Virus record (IMG/VR): IMGVR_UViG_3300028797_000097
Source: a virus
Taxonomy: Duplodnaviria; Heunggongvirae; Uroviricota; Caudoviricetes
Length of the DNA stretch: 64,000 bases
Strand: one strand, 5' to 3'
Shown: piece after piece, positions 18,219 to 28,633 of the stretch
Layout of the letters: each line of letters opens with the position of its first letter
How positions within the stretch are numbered: the stretch's first letter is position 1
Position numbers and translations under genes: made by a program
Notes under the pieces: model-generated
Told to the model about the DNA's origin: nothing
What the model saw: the letters and a program-made list of their open reading frames with translations, nothing else
The model's database searches: none

Positions 18219-18616
18219 TGAGTGATATGGTATGTGATATTTGTGGTGAACCATTTACATCTACCCGTCATAGAGGTTCACATTATTGGAATAAGCACAA
18301 GATTAAATATTCTGAATATGTAAATCAGAATTCTGCAATTAACAATGTTATTGACGAAATGAATAAGCCAGATGTTGCAGTCCAGCAACCACAGGTTATT
18401 CAAGAAGCTAAGACAGTAAAGCCTGCAGAAGCATTGTTCCAGCCGACTCAGATTACCGAAGCTAAGGAATTTGTCAATGAAGCACCAGCAGCAATTATTG
18501 ACAGAGAACTTATGAAGGAAGCTGAACGTAAGGACACAGATTTTGTTCAGACTGTCAGAAATCCATATAAGGATTTATATAATGATGGTGGTCAGGTTCT
18601 TAATGAATGGCTTTAA
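18218..18616 (+). CDS. Small protein with an N-terminal C2H2-like zinc finger
   Basis: CDICGEPFTSTRHRGSHYWNKH (C-x2-C-x12-H-x4-H), the same spacing as in the 3953 protein. Confidence 0.45.
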   Translation: MSDMVCDICGEPFTSTRHRGSHYWNKHKIKYSEYVNQNSAINNVIDEMNKPDVAVQQPQVIQEAKTVKPAEALFQPTQITEAKEFVNEAPAAIIDRELMKEAERKDTDFVQTVRNPYKDLYNDGGQVLNEWL

Positions 18617-18792
18617 AAATTAAATAAAAAATACAAATAAATGTTTCCAAACGCAAAAATTTGGAAACATTTTTCTATATTTACTTATATAAATAAACTA
18701 GTTGATAATAATAAAATGATGAAGATTGGGGCGTGGATTTTCATCAATTATCAATGGAAAGCGCATGACGATGAATAATAAGGAAGATAAAT

Positions 18793-19923
18793 ATGGCAAA
18801 TAAATTACTTGCGAAGATGAAGAAGGATAAGGCTTTTGTAGATTTGTTAACTACAGAAAAGAAGCCGATTGAATGGTTAAGTACCAACTGTATCTCAGTA
18901 AACTTATTGCTTTCTGGTAAAATCAGAGGTGGTATTAAGAAAGGTTCAATCAGTATGATTGCAGCAGGTTCTGGCTGGGGTAAATCTATGATTGGTTATG
19001 CGGTTCTCAAGTCTGCTCAGGATTCTGGTATGAACTGCTTTATTATCGACACAGAAAACAGTGTCAACTATGAATTGCTTACAAAACTTGGTATTGATAT
19101 GAAGGAAGTCGGTGTTTTCGGTCCGACAAACCTTATTCCAGCAATTAAGCAATTTATTATTAAGCTGGCTGATGGTCAGACTTTGGAAGAAAGACGTAAT
19201 ACCTTTATTTTGTTTGACTCTTGGGGCCCACTTGTTACCCAACAGTCTGTTGATAAGGGTGCAGAAGGTAGTTCCGCTGCTGATATGGGTAGCACTCCAA
19301 GATTCAAGAACGAACTTGCTAACCATTTGCTCGGTGCTGGTTTTACTACTCTCGTTATGAACCACGTCTATGCTTCTCTCGAAATGTATGGTGATCCGTA
19401 TAAGATTCCAGGTGGTATGAGACTTATCTTTAATGCTGATTCCATTATGCTTGGTTCTAGTGCTAAGAAGGAAAAGGATAAGGAAAAGAACATTCTCGGT
19501 AAGATTATTACTGCAGGTGTTGCAAAGGGTCGTTCTGCTAAGGAATTCGTTAAGACACAATATCTTATCTTGCATGCTGGTGGTATTTCTCCATATTACG
19601 GTTTGCTTGATGAAGCCATGGAATCTGGTTGTGTCTTCAAGCCGAAGCCGGGATATTATGCTAGAACTGATTATGACGTCGATAAGGAAACTGGCGAAGT
19701 CACTAAGCAGTGGAGAGAAACAGAACTTTATTGCGCACAATTCTGGATTCCATTATACAAGGATGAAAAGTTCAGACATTATGTAGAAAATAAGTTCGCA
19801 TTCGAAGATCAGGTTCTTATTTCTTCTAACCAGGACGTCATGAAAATGCTCAATGGTGAACAGGAAATCGTTGATGATGCTCCAGAAATTATTGATTCTG
19901 AAGAGTATGAAGACGAAGAATAA
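18793..19923 (+). CDS. uvsX: UvsX RecA-like recombinase
   Basis: ISVNLLLSGKIRGGIKKGSISMIAAGSGWGKS and PGYYARTDYDVDKETGEVTKQWRE match T4 UvsX blocks. It has an acidic C-terminus. Confidence 0.9.
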   Translation: MANKLLAKMKKDKAFVDLLTTEKKPIEWLSTNCISVNLLLSGKIRGGIKKGSISMIAAGSGWGKSMIGYAVLKSAQDSGMNCFIIDTENSVNYELLTKLGIDMKEVGVFGPTNLIPAIKQFIIKLADGQTLEERRNTFILFDSWGPLVTQQSVDKGAEGSSAADMGSTPRFKNELANHLLGAGFTTLVMNHVYASLEMYGDPYKIPGGMRLIFNADSIMLGSSAKKEKDKEKNILGKIITAGVAKGRSAKEFVKTQYLILHAGGISPYYGLLDEAMESGCVFKPKPGYYARTDYDVDKETGEVTKQWRETELYCAQFWIPLYKDEKFRHYVENKFAFEDQVLISSNQDVMKMLNGEQEIVDDAPEIIDSEEYEDEE

Positions 19924-19946
19924 GAAAAAATCTAAATAAAAATTAA

Positions 19947-19980
19947 AGGTAACTGTCGCCAGTTACCTTTTTTCTATATT
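19947..19980 (+). promoter_or_regulatory. Terminator hairpin (aggtaactg/cagttacct) followed by a T-run and the CTATATTT promoter-like element
   Basis: Same architecture as 14023, 18641, 30663 and 47683. Confidence 0.5.
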
Positions 19981-20032
19981 TGCATAAAAATGATTACGAT
20001 TATCCTGGTATATATAAGGATAAAGGTAAAAA

Positions 20033-21412
20033 ATGACTGATATTGAATTTGAACAAATAATTATTAAGACAATTTATGCAAATCCTGAAGTTTCTGGTAA
20101 GATAATTCCAGAACTTGATACTGGTTGGTTCACAAATGTTGACCACAAATACATCGTTAATGCCATTTTGGAATATAATTCTAAGTTTTCTGCAGTTCCT
20201 AATGCGATTGAAGTTAAAAGACTTTTGTCTGATCAGAGAACAGTAGATGAATTCGAAAAGTGCATGTCTATTAACGATGCAGATGTTAATACACCATATA
20301 TTCTTGATGAAATTCAGAATTTCATTAGAAAACGTTTAGGTAGACAAGTATGTATGGATTATAACGAATATTGTTCTACAGGTAAGTCTAAAGGTAGTTT
20401 TGCTGATGAAATGGCTTATGCTGAAACATTTACGTTTGATACCAAGGTTGGTTTCTCATTCTTCGAAGAACCAGAAGTAATCTTTAATGACATTATTACT
20501 AATGAAAGATTATATCCTACTGGTTGTAGAGCAATCGATGAAATGATTGGTGGTGGTTTACATCCTAAGTCTATTTCTTTGATTATGGCTCCTACCAACG
20601 TTGGTAAAACTTTGTTTATGTGTTCTATCGCATCTGCATTATTACTTGCAGGTTTGAGAGTTCTTTATGTTTCATTCGAAGACTCTGAAGTTAAGATTGG
20701 TCAAAGAATCATGCAGAATTTGTTTGATATTAACCAAACAGAACTTAGAGCTTTGTCTAAGGATGCATATAAGAAGCTTTGGATGAAGAATACACAACAG
20801 ATTGGTCATAATAAGCTTGTTATTAAGGAATATTCAGAAGGTTGTATTAATGCACTTGCATTGAAGGCATTGATTAGAGAACTTAGAGACAAGCGTGGTT
20901 TCGTTCCTGATGTATTGATTGTTGACTATATCGGATGTATGATTCCTAATGGACGACCAAATGCAAATGAAAACGATAACTCCAAGTTAAGAGAAATTTG
21001 TGCTCAGGTTAGAAGTATTGGTATGGAAATGGATATTCCAGTTCTTTCTGCAGCACAGTCTAACAGAGGTGGTTATGGTAAGGGTGAAATTGGACTTGAT
21101 GATGCAGCTGACTCTTTCGGTCAGACAATGAAGGCAGACGTTATCTTTGGTGTTACTCAGTCTCCAGAACTTAAGGAAGGAAGTATGTATCTGGTTAAGC
21201 TTCTGAAGACCAGATATGGTCAACCAAAGTGTCCATTAGCTACGATTGGTGTCGATATTGGTAAACAGCGTATTTTTGACTTGAAGACATTTAATAATGC
21301 TGCAGTTCCAACACAAGGTGCCAATATATTTAATCAACCACAAGAGCAACAATCTGTTTCTGCTTCTAATATTGAAGTAACACAGAATAATTTAAACACT
21401 TTTGAATTTTAA
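20033..21412 (+). CDS. DnaB-family replicative helicase (T4 gp41-like)
   Basis: Walker A MAPTNVGKT, Walker B LIVDYIGCM and the H4 block AAQSNRGGYGK. Confidence 0.8.
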   Translation: MTDIEFEQIIIKTIYANPEVSGKIIPELDTGWFTNVDHKYIVNAILEYNSKFSAVPNAIEVKRLLSDQRTVDEFEKCMSINDADVNTPYILDEIQNFIRKRLGRQVCMDYNEYCSTGKSKGSFADEMAYAETFTFDTKVGFSFFEEPEVIFNDIITNERLYPTGCRAIDEMIGGGLHPKSISLIMAPTNVGKTLFMCSIASALLLAGLRVLYVSFEDSEVKIGQRIMQNLFDINQTELRALSKDAYKKLWMKNTQQIGHNKLVIKEYSEGCINALALKALIRELRDKRGFVPDVLIVDYIGCMIPNGRPNANENDNSKLREICAQVRSIGMEMDIPVLSAAQSNRGGYGKGEIGLDDAADSFGQTMKADVIFGVTQSPELKEGSMYLVKLLKTRYGQPKCPLATIGVDIGKQRIFDLKTFNNAAVPTQGANIFNQPQEQQSVSASNIEVTQNNLNTFEF

Positions 21413-21424
21413 TGAAGGTAACTT

Positions 21425-21805
21425 ATGATAAACGTATCAGACTTATCAGTAAATGAGGAAGTAACAGAATCTGAGAGCAAAGATTCTTTTTACAAGCGAC
21501 TTAAAGCCGCTGGTATAGACTTTGACGACATCGATTCTGATTCCAGATTACCTAAATATATGATTAAGGTAATCAAGAATGAACCCAAGGAATATAATAA
21601 GTTCAATAATGTTCTTTATAAGCTTAATAAGGATAAGATTGTTACTATTGTCGATTCTATGGCCTATTTGGTCGAGGATTGGTTTGAACCCAATATCTTG
21701 ATTAAGTGTTTAGACGAAATGAACTATTATTCCCTTATGAACGGGTTAAAAAAGAAGTATTTAGTAGATAGAAGTTCATCTGATTTAGAAAATTTCTTTG
21801 TCTAA
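21425..21805 (+). CDS. Hypothetical protein (126 aa)
   Basis: ORF between the helicase and the loader-like gene. Confidence 0.4.
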   Translation: MINVSDLSVNEEVTESESKDSFYKRLKAAGIDFDDIDSDSRLPKYMIKVIKNEPKEYNKFNNVLYKLNKDKIVTIVDSMAYLVEDWFEPNILIKCLDEMNYYSLMNGLKKKYLVDRSSSDLENFFV

Positions 21806-22439
21806 TATGGTTGATAAATATCAAATTTATATGCTGTATAAAACCGTTAAGAAAATGTGGAATGCAAAACGGTTTAATACAGCAGTTTTTAACGATTTTT
21901 TTGATGATACTTTAGAGAACTATCTAATTTCTCAGTATATACATGAAAGTCCTAGAGTAGAATATATGGCAAATTACGGAATTAAGCTCGTAAATGAGAT
22001 TAATTGCGGTTTAATTGATGTTGAACATTGGTTAATGTATGTCATGATGAAGTGTCTTTGTGACAAAAAATGTCCCGAAATGCCCGAAATAAATTCTATA
22101 AATAAATTAAAGGACAACATGATTTTCAAAAAACGTCCTATTATAGATTCTCAAATCAAGCTTATTCAGAGTTTAATTGCTGAGAAAGGTTCTGGTTTGA
22201 ATGAATTTATGGACACAAGATTCTCTTTGTATGATCTGGACGCGAATCAAGAAAATCAAGCCTACAAAATGTATAGTATAAGCCAGTTGGATCCTGAGTT
22301 TTACATCCAGGGTTTTAAGGCAGGGAAGTTTAAAATAGATATGGACAAGATTAAGAGTATTGATTACAAAAGATTTATAATGTTTACAAAGATGATATTA
22401 AAATTAAATCAAGAAATATCAGATAAAAATGTAAACTGA
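21798..22439 (+). CDS. gp59-like helicase loading protein (putative)
   Basis: 213 aa against 217 aa for T4 gp59. It lies directly upstream of gene 32 as in T4. The N-terminus YQIYMLYKTVKK resembles gp59 YKLYLMIKQH. Confidence 0.4.
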   Translation: MSNMVDKYQIYMLYKTVKKMWNAKRFNTAVFNDFFDDTLENYLISQYIHESPRVEYMANYGIKLVNEINCGLIDVEHWLMYVMMKCLCDKKCPEMPEINSINKLKDNMIFKKRPIIDSQIKLIQSLIAEKGSGLNEFMDTRFSLYDLDANQENQAYKMYSISQLDPEFYIQGFKAGKFKIDMDKIKSIDYKRFIMFTKMILKLNQEISDKNVN

Positions 22440-22521
22440 TAGAAACGTAAAATTATGTTTCTATATTTAGAGCGTCAATTGAATGGTCAATTGGGATAAA
22501 AACAAAAGGATAAAATAAATT

Positions 22522-23589
22522 ATGCCAATAAAGAGAAATAACTTGAACGCACTTTATAGTGCAATGGATAACCTTAACATCGGTAAGAAAGACAACAAGC
22601 AGAAGTCATACGAAATCGAAGGCTTATTTAAGCCAAAGATGGGTGCTGACGGTAAGTTTACTGTTGTTCTTAGATTCCTTCCAGCACACCCAGACGAGGA
22701 AATTCCTTGGGTAGAAAACCGTTCTCACATGTTCCAGCTTTCTAATGGTGCATGGTTCGGTTGTGACTGTGCTAAGAAGTGGAATGAACCATGTCCGATT
22801 TGTGATTATAACGCAAAGATTTGGAATAAGTATGGTAGAACCGATGAAGCTCGTTCCCGTGTAAAGGATAAGTGGAAGCCAAAGTTCTATTCTAACGTTT
22901 ATATCGTTAAGAATCCGAATGCTCCAGAAACAGAAGGTCGTGTTTATCGTCTTGAATATGGTCGTGCAATCATGAAGATGATTCAAGATGCAATGGCTGA
23001 TAAGGATGATGCCGAACTTGGTGTAATTCCAGGTATTAATCCGTTCTCCTGGTGGGGTCCGAACGATAAGGCAGTTCTTGCTGGTGATGATAAGGCTGGT
23101 GCAAACTTTGTTTGGGAAGGCGTTAAGGGTTCTAACGGTCCTAACTACTCTAGCTCTCACTTTAGCAATCCTCGTAGAATGTGCAAGCTTGGTCAGGATG
23201 GTAAGCTCGTCGAAATGACTGATGCAGAACTTGATGTCGTTGAATCTCAGCTCTTCACATTGAAGGATATTGAAAAGCAGAAGGATCAGCTCCGTTCTTA
23301 CGAAGACATTCTTAAGTTCTACAAGACCAAGAGTGGTGAAGATTTGTTTGCAGAATTTGAAGATGGAACTGATTATACTGCAACTGTCAATACAGGTAAG
23401 ACTGTAGAAGCTGATGATGACGATATGTTTGAATCAACTCCGAAGAAGACTGCAGAAGTTCCAATGGAAAAGGAAGTTCCTACTGAACCGCTTTTCGAAC
23501 CAGAATTTGAAGCAACAAAGCCAACAACTTCTAGTGTCGAAGCAGCGGAAGATGAAGAAGACTTCTTTGCAAGACTTGCAAATGGTTAA
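22522..23589 (+). CDS. gp32 single-stranded DNA-binding protein
   Basis: LRFLPAHPDEE, a zinc site (H...CDC...CPIC) and YIVKNPNAPETEGRVYRLEYGRAIMKMIQDAM aligning with T4 gp32 [31 protein letters not shown]. It has an acidic C-terminal tail. Confidence 0.9.
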   Translation: MPIKRNNLNALYSAMDNLNIGKKDNKQKSYEIEGLFKPKMGADGKFTVVLRFLPAHPDEEIPWVENRSHMFQLSNGAWFGCDCAKKWNEPCPICDYNAKIWNKYGRTDEARSRVKDKWKPKFYSNVYIVKNPNAPETEGRVYRLEYGRAIMKMIQDAMADKDDAELGVIPGINPFSWWGPNDKAVLAGDDKAGANFVWEGVKGSNGPNYSSSHFSNPRRMCKLGQDGKLVEMTDAELDVVESQLFTLKDIEKQKDQLRSYEDILKFYKTKSGEDLFAEFEDGTDYTATVNTGKTVEADDDDMFESTPKKTAEVPMEKEVPTEPLFEPEFEATKPTTSSVEAAEDEEDFFARLANG

Positions 23590-23662
23590 ATTTTAGTTCT
23601 CCGAAATAAAAAATGTAAAACATAAGATGTAAAAGTCTTATGTTTTATTTTAGGATTTTATT

Positions 23663-23980
23663 ATGACAAAAAAGACAGAAACAAAAACAAAGAAAGTTGA
23701 TTTACAGAGAGCTAAGGATATTGCAGAAGTAATTGGAACACTTTCACAGTTTACACCAAGATTCGATACTGAAAATATTCCGCTCTTTTCAAGAAGATTT
23801 CTTCTCAAGAATTTACTTGGATTTACAGAAGAAGAATTAGAAGAAAATGACATTCTCATTAATGATGAATCTAATGCAATTCTTAAATCATTAGAATATA
23901 TGAGAAGTCCAGCAAATCAGGAAACTCCTGAAGTTGTAACAAAAACAAAAACTAAAAAACCAACAACAAAGGTAAATTAA
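23663..23980 (+). CDS. Hypothetical protein (105 aa)
   Basis: ORF with a plausible start; no recognisable motifs. Confidence 0.4.
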   Translation: MTKKTETKTKKVDLQRAKDIAEVIGTLSQFTPRFDTENIPLFSRRFLLKNLLGFTEEELEENDILINDESNAILKSLEYMRSPANQETPEVVTKTKTKKPTTKVN

Positions 23981-23981
23981 A

Positions 23982-24734
23982 ATGATTGATACAAATAGCA
24001 TGTATGGTAATGTTCAAGAAGAACAGGATTCATTCGTTCAACTTCAGAAGCAACTTAAGCAGAAGGTTGAAGGTCAAAAGTTAACAGCAGAAGAAATTCA
24101 ACTTCCAGATTTCCCAAAGGAATATAATCCAGAAACTGCACTTCAGACTATGTTCAATATGCAGGAAGCACTTCAAAATATTCTTGCTGCAAAGCGTGGA
24201 ACTTTGGCTCCGACAAATAAGGAAGATAATTTCAAGAATGCAGTTCGTTCTGGTTATTTTATGATGTCCACTGTTACTGAGATTTGGGAATTCTTTGACC
24301 AACTCAAGAAGGATAATTATGAAATTACTGACCTTGTTAAGTATGAAATTATTGATGCTTGGCACTTCGTTATGAATCAGCTTCTTTATCTCAAGTATAA
24401 GCCAACATTTACACTTCCACAGCTTTACGATTTTGCTGTCGCTGATTTGAAGACTGGTACAATCGGTACTTCTGACCTTCATTATCTCGTCGGTGAATTC
24501 ATTGAAGCAGTTGGTGAACTTTATCAGAATTCGAGTTATAAGGATTGGAAGACTTATAAGGAATGGAAGGAAGATCCTCTTAAGATTAAGGAACTTGGCG
24601 ATACAATGTTGATTAAGTTCTTTAAGATTTTTGTAGCAATTAACCTTACACCTGATCAGATTTATCAGTTCTATTATAACAAGAACATCGAAAATGTCGA
24701 AAGACAGAAGGTCGGTGGAAGATACGAAAAGTAA
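23982..24734 (+). CDS. All-alpha NTP pyrophosphatase (MazG / dimeric dUTPase / dCTPase-like)
   Basis: Tandem ExxE...ExxD-type motifs (EIWEFFD...YEIIDAWHF; GEFIEAVGEL). Confidence 0.45.
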   Translation: MIDTNSMYGNVQEEQDSFVQLQKQLKQKVEGQKLTAEEIQLPDFPKEYNPETALQTMFNMQEALQNILAAKRGTLAPTNKEDNFKNAVRSGYFMMSTVTEIWEFFDQLKKDNYEITDLVKYEIIDAWHFVMNQLLYLKYKPTFTLPQLYDFAVADLKTGTIGTSDLHYLVGEFIEAVGELYQNSSYKDWKTYKEWKEDPLKIKELGDTMLIKFFKIFVAINLTPDQIYQFYYNKNIENVERQKVGGRYEK

Positions 24735-24787
24735 TTAAATTCTGACATTTTTATAAGAAGAGAAGATTTCATATCTTCTCTTTTTAT

Positions 24788-24795
24788 TATAAATA
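24788..24795 (+). promoter_or_regulatory. T4-type late promoter TATAAATA, 4 nt before ATG 24800, preceded by a terminator hairpin
   Basis: Exact motif. Upstream hairpin agagaagat/atcttctct. Confidence 0.45.
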
Positions 24796-24799
24796 ATGT

Positions 24800-25948
24800 A
24801 TGGCAGTTAATGAAGATAAAAAATTATCAGATTATGAACTAAAGACTTTGAGAGAGCTTCAACAGTCTAGCAATACAGCATATGTTCCAGCATTTACTGA
24901 AACAGAAAACTATAAATTTGATTCTAAAGAATTAAATGGACAAGTTTTACAGGCTGGAACTAATGTAACTATTGATAATAATAACGTAATTCGTGCTACA
25001 GATACAAAATTAAAAAGTAGTGATAATATTTCTGTTACATCAGATAATAAATTAGTATATACTGGTCCTCAAGGAGAAGGAACAGATCTTGAAGAAGATA
25101 GTACAAATTTATCAATTGGAAGACAATCAGATGGTAAATATAAAGTAAATCTTAATCTTGGCTATGGTTCAGAAGTAGCACAAGTTCATAGCGGTGCAAC
25201 AACTTATAATTGTACTTCTACATTTTTTACTTCTTCAGATGGCGGTAAATCAATAAAAGGTAATTTTGCAGGATTTGTAAATAATGCCATAACATTTGGT
25301 AGAGACCCAAATGAAGGTAATGTTCCAAATAGTAACCTTAATCTTGTTATTAGTGAAGATATTTCTGTGCAATATTGGAATGGTGGTTCAACAGATAGAT
25401 GGATTTTAGCTACTCCAGATGATGTATTATCATTTAAAAAAGTAAATGGAACATATCCACCTTATGCAAGTCGTGTTCGTGGTGATTATTATTCTCAGCT
25501 TATTTTTAATATGCCAAATATTGCTGCATTAACTTTACATACATGGTGGCTTCAACATGTAACTCATAGAGAGAATATTTTTGTTCAAGTTAATATGGGT
25601 GAAAGAATGCATGCATTATATATTTTTAATGGTATTGGCGATGATAATGAAGGTGCAAATTTTTATTTCTATCATAATGGATTAGTATATAAAAAAGAAA
25701 ATGTAAGTAAAGGAACTTTTGTTAATATTGCTAATATAGTTAACTGGAAATTATATACTGATTTATCTGGGTATGGAATTGAAAATGGTGCAGGCAACTC
25801 AAGACTAGTTAATTCATTACCTTTTACAACAAACACTAGAGGTGATGGTCAGGATGAATGGCTGATTTGCACAGTTCAAAGATTTTATTGTATACATGAA
25901 ACAGTTAATAATAAACATAATTATTATTTTATTGAATCTATGTATTAA
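24800..25948 (+). CDS. Tail fibre / receptor-binding-like protein, paralog 1
   Basis: Shares an N-terminal module (AGTNVTIDNNNVIRATDT...DNISVTSDNKLVYTG) with the next two genes and with the long fibre at 53190. The C-terminus is variable. Confidence 0.5.
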   Translation: MAVNEDKKLSDYELKTLRELQQSSNTAYVPAFTETENYKFDSKELNGQVLQAGTNVTIDNNNVIRATDTKLKSSDNISVTSDNKLVYTGPQGEGTDLEEDSTNLSIGRQSDGKYKVNLNLGYGSEVAQVHSGATTYNCTSTFFTSSDGGKSIKGNFAGFVNNAITFGRDPNEGNVPNSNLNLVISEDISVQYWNGGSTDRWILATPDDVLSFKKVNGTYPPYASRVRGDYYSQLIFNMPNIAALTLHTWWLQHVTHRENIFVQVNMGERMHALYIFNGIGDDNEGANFYFYHNGLVYKKENVSKGTFVNIANIVNWKLYTDLSGYGIENGAGNSRLVNSLPFTTNTRGDGQDEWLICTVQRFYCIHETVNNKHNYYFIESMY

Positions 25949-25957
25949 TGAGGATTT

Positions 25958-27091
25958 ATGGGAAAAATTAAAAGAAAGAAATTGTCATCATTTGAAACTA
26001 AAACACTATCTGAATTAAAAGAAATGGATGATAGAGGTAATAGCGTTTATATCCCATATATTCAACCTATTGACAATAACTATAAGCATGAAATTTCAGA
26101 ATGTGCAGAAAAATTAACTGCTGGTGAAAATATTCAGATAACTAACGAAGGGAGAGTAAACGCTACTGACACCCGTTATGTTGCTGGCGATAATATTGAA
26201 ATTAGTTCTGATGGAAAAGTGTCTTATGTAGGTGATGCTCCACAAACATATGCAACAGGAAGAGGATTAAGATTAACAAATAATACTAATATTTTAGCAT
26301 TAAACCTAGAAACAGATGGTGGGTCAACGTTTACATCGCAATATGGTTCAAAATTATCGCCTGTTACATTTAAAAATAATTACACATTAGAATTAGCTGG
26401 AAATGCAATGGATTCACTTTTTGTTCAAGTTGCAGATAGTGATAGAACCGACGGTTATAAAGTAATATGTTTAGATAATGATGGAATTACATTAAGAACT
26501 TCTTTAACTGCTACTGATACTAAAAAATATTATTGCACAAATGGTACTACTCGTGCTTGGTATAAATCCGCACAACAACCGTCAGGATATACAAAAATAA
26601 GAACATCTGATTATACTCATTTTGCTATTGATGTAGGAAATATTGGTCTATTATCAATGTCTGCTTTATTTTTACAAAGTCATAATAATAGAGAAACAAT
26701 TATTAATATGTTAAATAGAACAAGTGATAAAGAACCTGATTTAATACTTGTAAATGATACGTCATATAAGGCTGATGCATTTATATATGAACAAGGTTTA
26801 TTATCAGGTGCTACTAATATAAGTTTAAATACATCATCTGCAAATTATGCAACTATTGCAAAATTTGAAAACTCACAAAATAAATGGGTATCGTCATTTA
26901 CTCCTAATTATTATATTAAGACTGATGGAACGACACGTGTTGCATTACCGCCATTTTGTGGAAATGTTTTATCAATGGTAAATGGTAGTACATATACTGG
27001 CTTATTTTCTACACTTAGATTTATTCCAGCTGTTTCACTAGATACAACAAATTCAAAAACAACTATATCAATGGTATCAATGGAGTATTAA
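25958..27091 (+). CDS. Tail fibre / receptor-binding-like protein, paralog 2
   Basis: AGENIQITNEGRVNATDTRYVAGDNIEISSDGKVSYVGD. Divergent C-terminus. Confidence 0.5.
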   Translation: MGKIKRKKLSSFETKTLSELKEMDDRGNSVYIPYIQPIDNNYKHEISECAEKLTAGENIQITNEGRVNATDTRYVAGDNIEISSDGKVSYVGDAPQTYATGRGLRLTNNTNILALNLETDGGSTFTSQYGSKLSPVTFKNNYTLELAGNAMDSLFVQVADSDRTDGYKVICLDNDGITLRTSLTATDTKKYYCTNGTTRAWYKSAQQPSGYTKIRTSDYTHFAIDVGNIGLLSMSALFLQSHNNRETIINMLNRTSDKEPDLILVNDTSYKADAFIYEQGLLSGATNISLNTSSANYATIAKFENSQNKWVSSFTPNYYIKTDGTTRVALPPFCGNVLSMVNGSTYTGLFSTLRFIPAVSLDTTNSKTTISMVSMEY

Positions 27092-27094
27092 ATT

Positions 27095-28633
27095 ATGGCA
27101 GGATGGAAACAAAATAATAAAAATGAATTAGTAAAATTAAATAGTTATAGTAAAACTGATACTACGGATGCCGAGATACCTGTTGTTATTCCAGATGCAG
27201 GTAAAAATGCAAGATTTAAAGTTACTGATTTAGCTCCTGTATATAAAGATGATGAAAATAATTGTCTTAAAATCGAAGATGGTGTTATTTCTAAAACAGA
27301 CACAACATATCAGTCAGGTGATGATGTTATAAAAGTTAATACTGTTGGTAATGAAAATATTATTAGTTGTGATGGTTTTGGTGGTAAAAAATATGTTGCA
27401 GGAACAGCAATCCAAGTAACTGAAACTACTAATACTACCACTAATAAAGCAACATTTTCAACGCTTAAATCCTCAGAAGATAAATTGATGGGTAATATCC
27501 AAACCTATCAAAAACATCAACCTACTTACAGAAAAAATAGTAAAACAGAATTTGCTGGTTTTGCCAATTTATATGGTGTTATTGGAGACCCATGGTGGTC
27601 AGAATCATCACCAAATTCATATACAACAATTGCTAGAATTTCTGGTGGCAGAATTCATTGTTATAATAGTCAAATACAAGAAAAAACATATTATATAAAT
27701 GGTGATACTTCATCAGATGGATTATATAAATTTAATCAATATGCAATACATATGGCACGTGTTGGTGGTATATATGTAGATTATGCTTTTTTAACAAATC
27801 ATTTTAATCGTGAATTATATATTTCAAGAACATATACTCAATTTGATGCTAATCAAGGATCAAATTATGGTTGTAAATTTTATATAACAGAAAATTCTGG
27901 AAGTACTCGTAGACTTAGAGTTATAATTTATTCATGCGGTTATATTTGTGAAGGTTATTCAACTTCAAGCAATCCAGAAATTTGTTTACAAGATATTTGT
28001 TATTGGAATTGGTCTAATGGCCAAAATGGAAATAGTTTTAATTATATATTAAGACCAATAGATTCTTCATATAAGTTAAGAGATTATGGTTATAATGCAG
28101 TTTCTGTTCCAATAGAAAATGATGGCGGTGGACATGCTTTTATTACTGGAGGGATATGGCAGCTTGATAAATATTATGATTCAAATAATATACCATGTAC
28201 AGTAATGAATGATACATGGACAGAATTTGACTATACATGGTCATATAGTCAAACTGTTGGTTGGCGGCCTCAAATAGTACCAGGAACAGGTGTATCATAT
28301 AGCGCGCCAAAAACTATAACACAATATTCTAATTTTTATAAAACAGCAGATCCTCGTTATAATTATTGGCAAACAGCAAATAAAATTAGAACAAAATATT
28401 GTTATAATACAGATGTTGCAACAATAATGACCCTATCTCCTGATAATGCAAATTATGGTAAATATTCAACAATTTTACATGAAGGTGAAGTTCATAGAAA
28501 TTTTAATGAAGTATGTCCAATCTCATATGATGAATATTTTTCTAGTTTTAAATTTATGGTTAATGGATATGGCGTAACAACAGTAAATGGTAAAGATTAT
28601 GATACTGTTTATTTAGTTGATATGAGAAACTAA
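27095..28633 (+). CDS. Tail fibre / receptor-binding-like protein, paralog 3
   Basis: N-terminal module DGVISKTDTTYQSGDDVIKVNTVGNENIISCDG. Trp/Tyr-rich C-terminal domain. Confidence 0.45.
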   Translation: MAGWKQNNKNELVKLNSYSKTDTTDAEIPVVIPDAGKNARFKVTDLAPVYKDDENNCLKIEDGVISKTDTTYQSGDDVIKVNTVGNENIISCDGFGGKKYVAGTAIQVTETTNTTTNKATFSTLKSSEDKLMGNIQTYQKHQPTYRKNSKTEFAGFANLYGVIGDPWWSESSPNSYTTIARISGGRIHCYNSQIQEKTYYINGDTSSDGLYKFNQYAIHMARVGGIYVDYAFLTNHFNRELYISRTYTQFDANQGSNYGCKFYITENSGSTRRLRVIIYSCGYICEGYSTSSNPEICLQDICYWNWSNGQNGNSFNYILRPIDSSYKLRDYGYNAVSVPIENDGGGHAFITGGIWQLDKYYDSNNIPCTVMNDTWTEFDYTWSYSQTVGWRPQIVPGTGVSYSAPKTITQYSNFYKTADPRYNYWQTANKIRTKYCYNTDVATIMTLSPDNANYGKYSTILHEGEVHRNFNEVCPISYDEYFSSFKFMVNGYGVTTVNGKDYDTVYLVDMRN

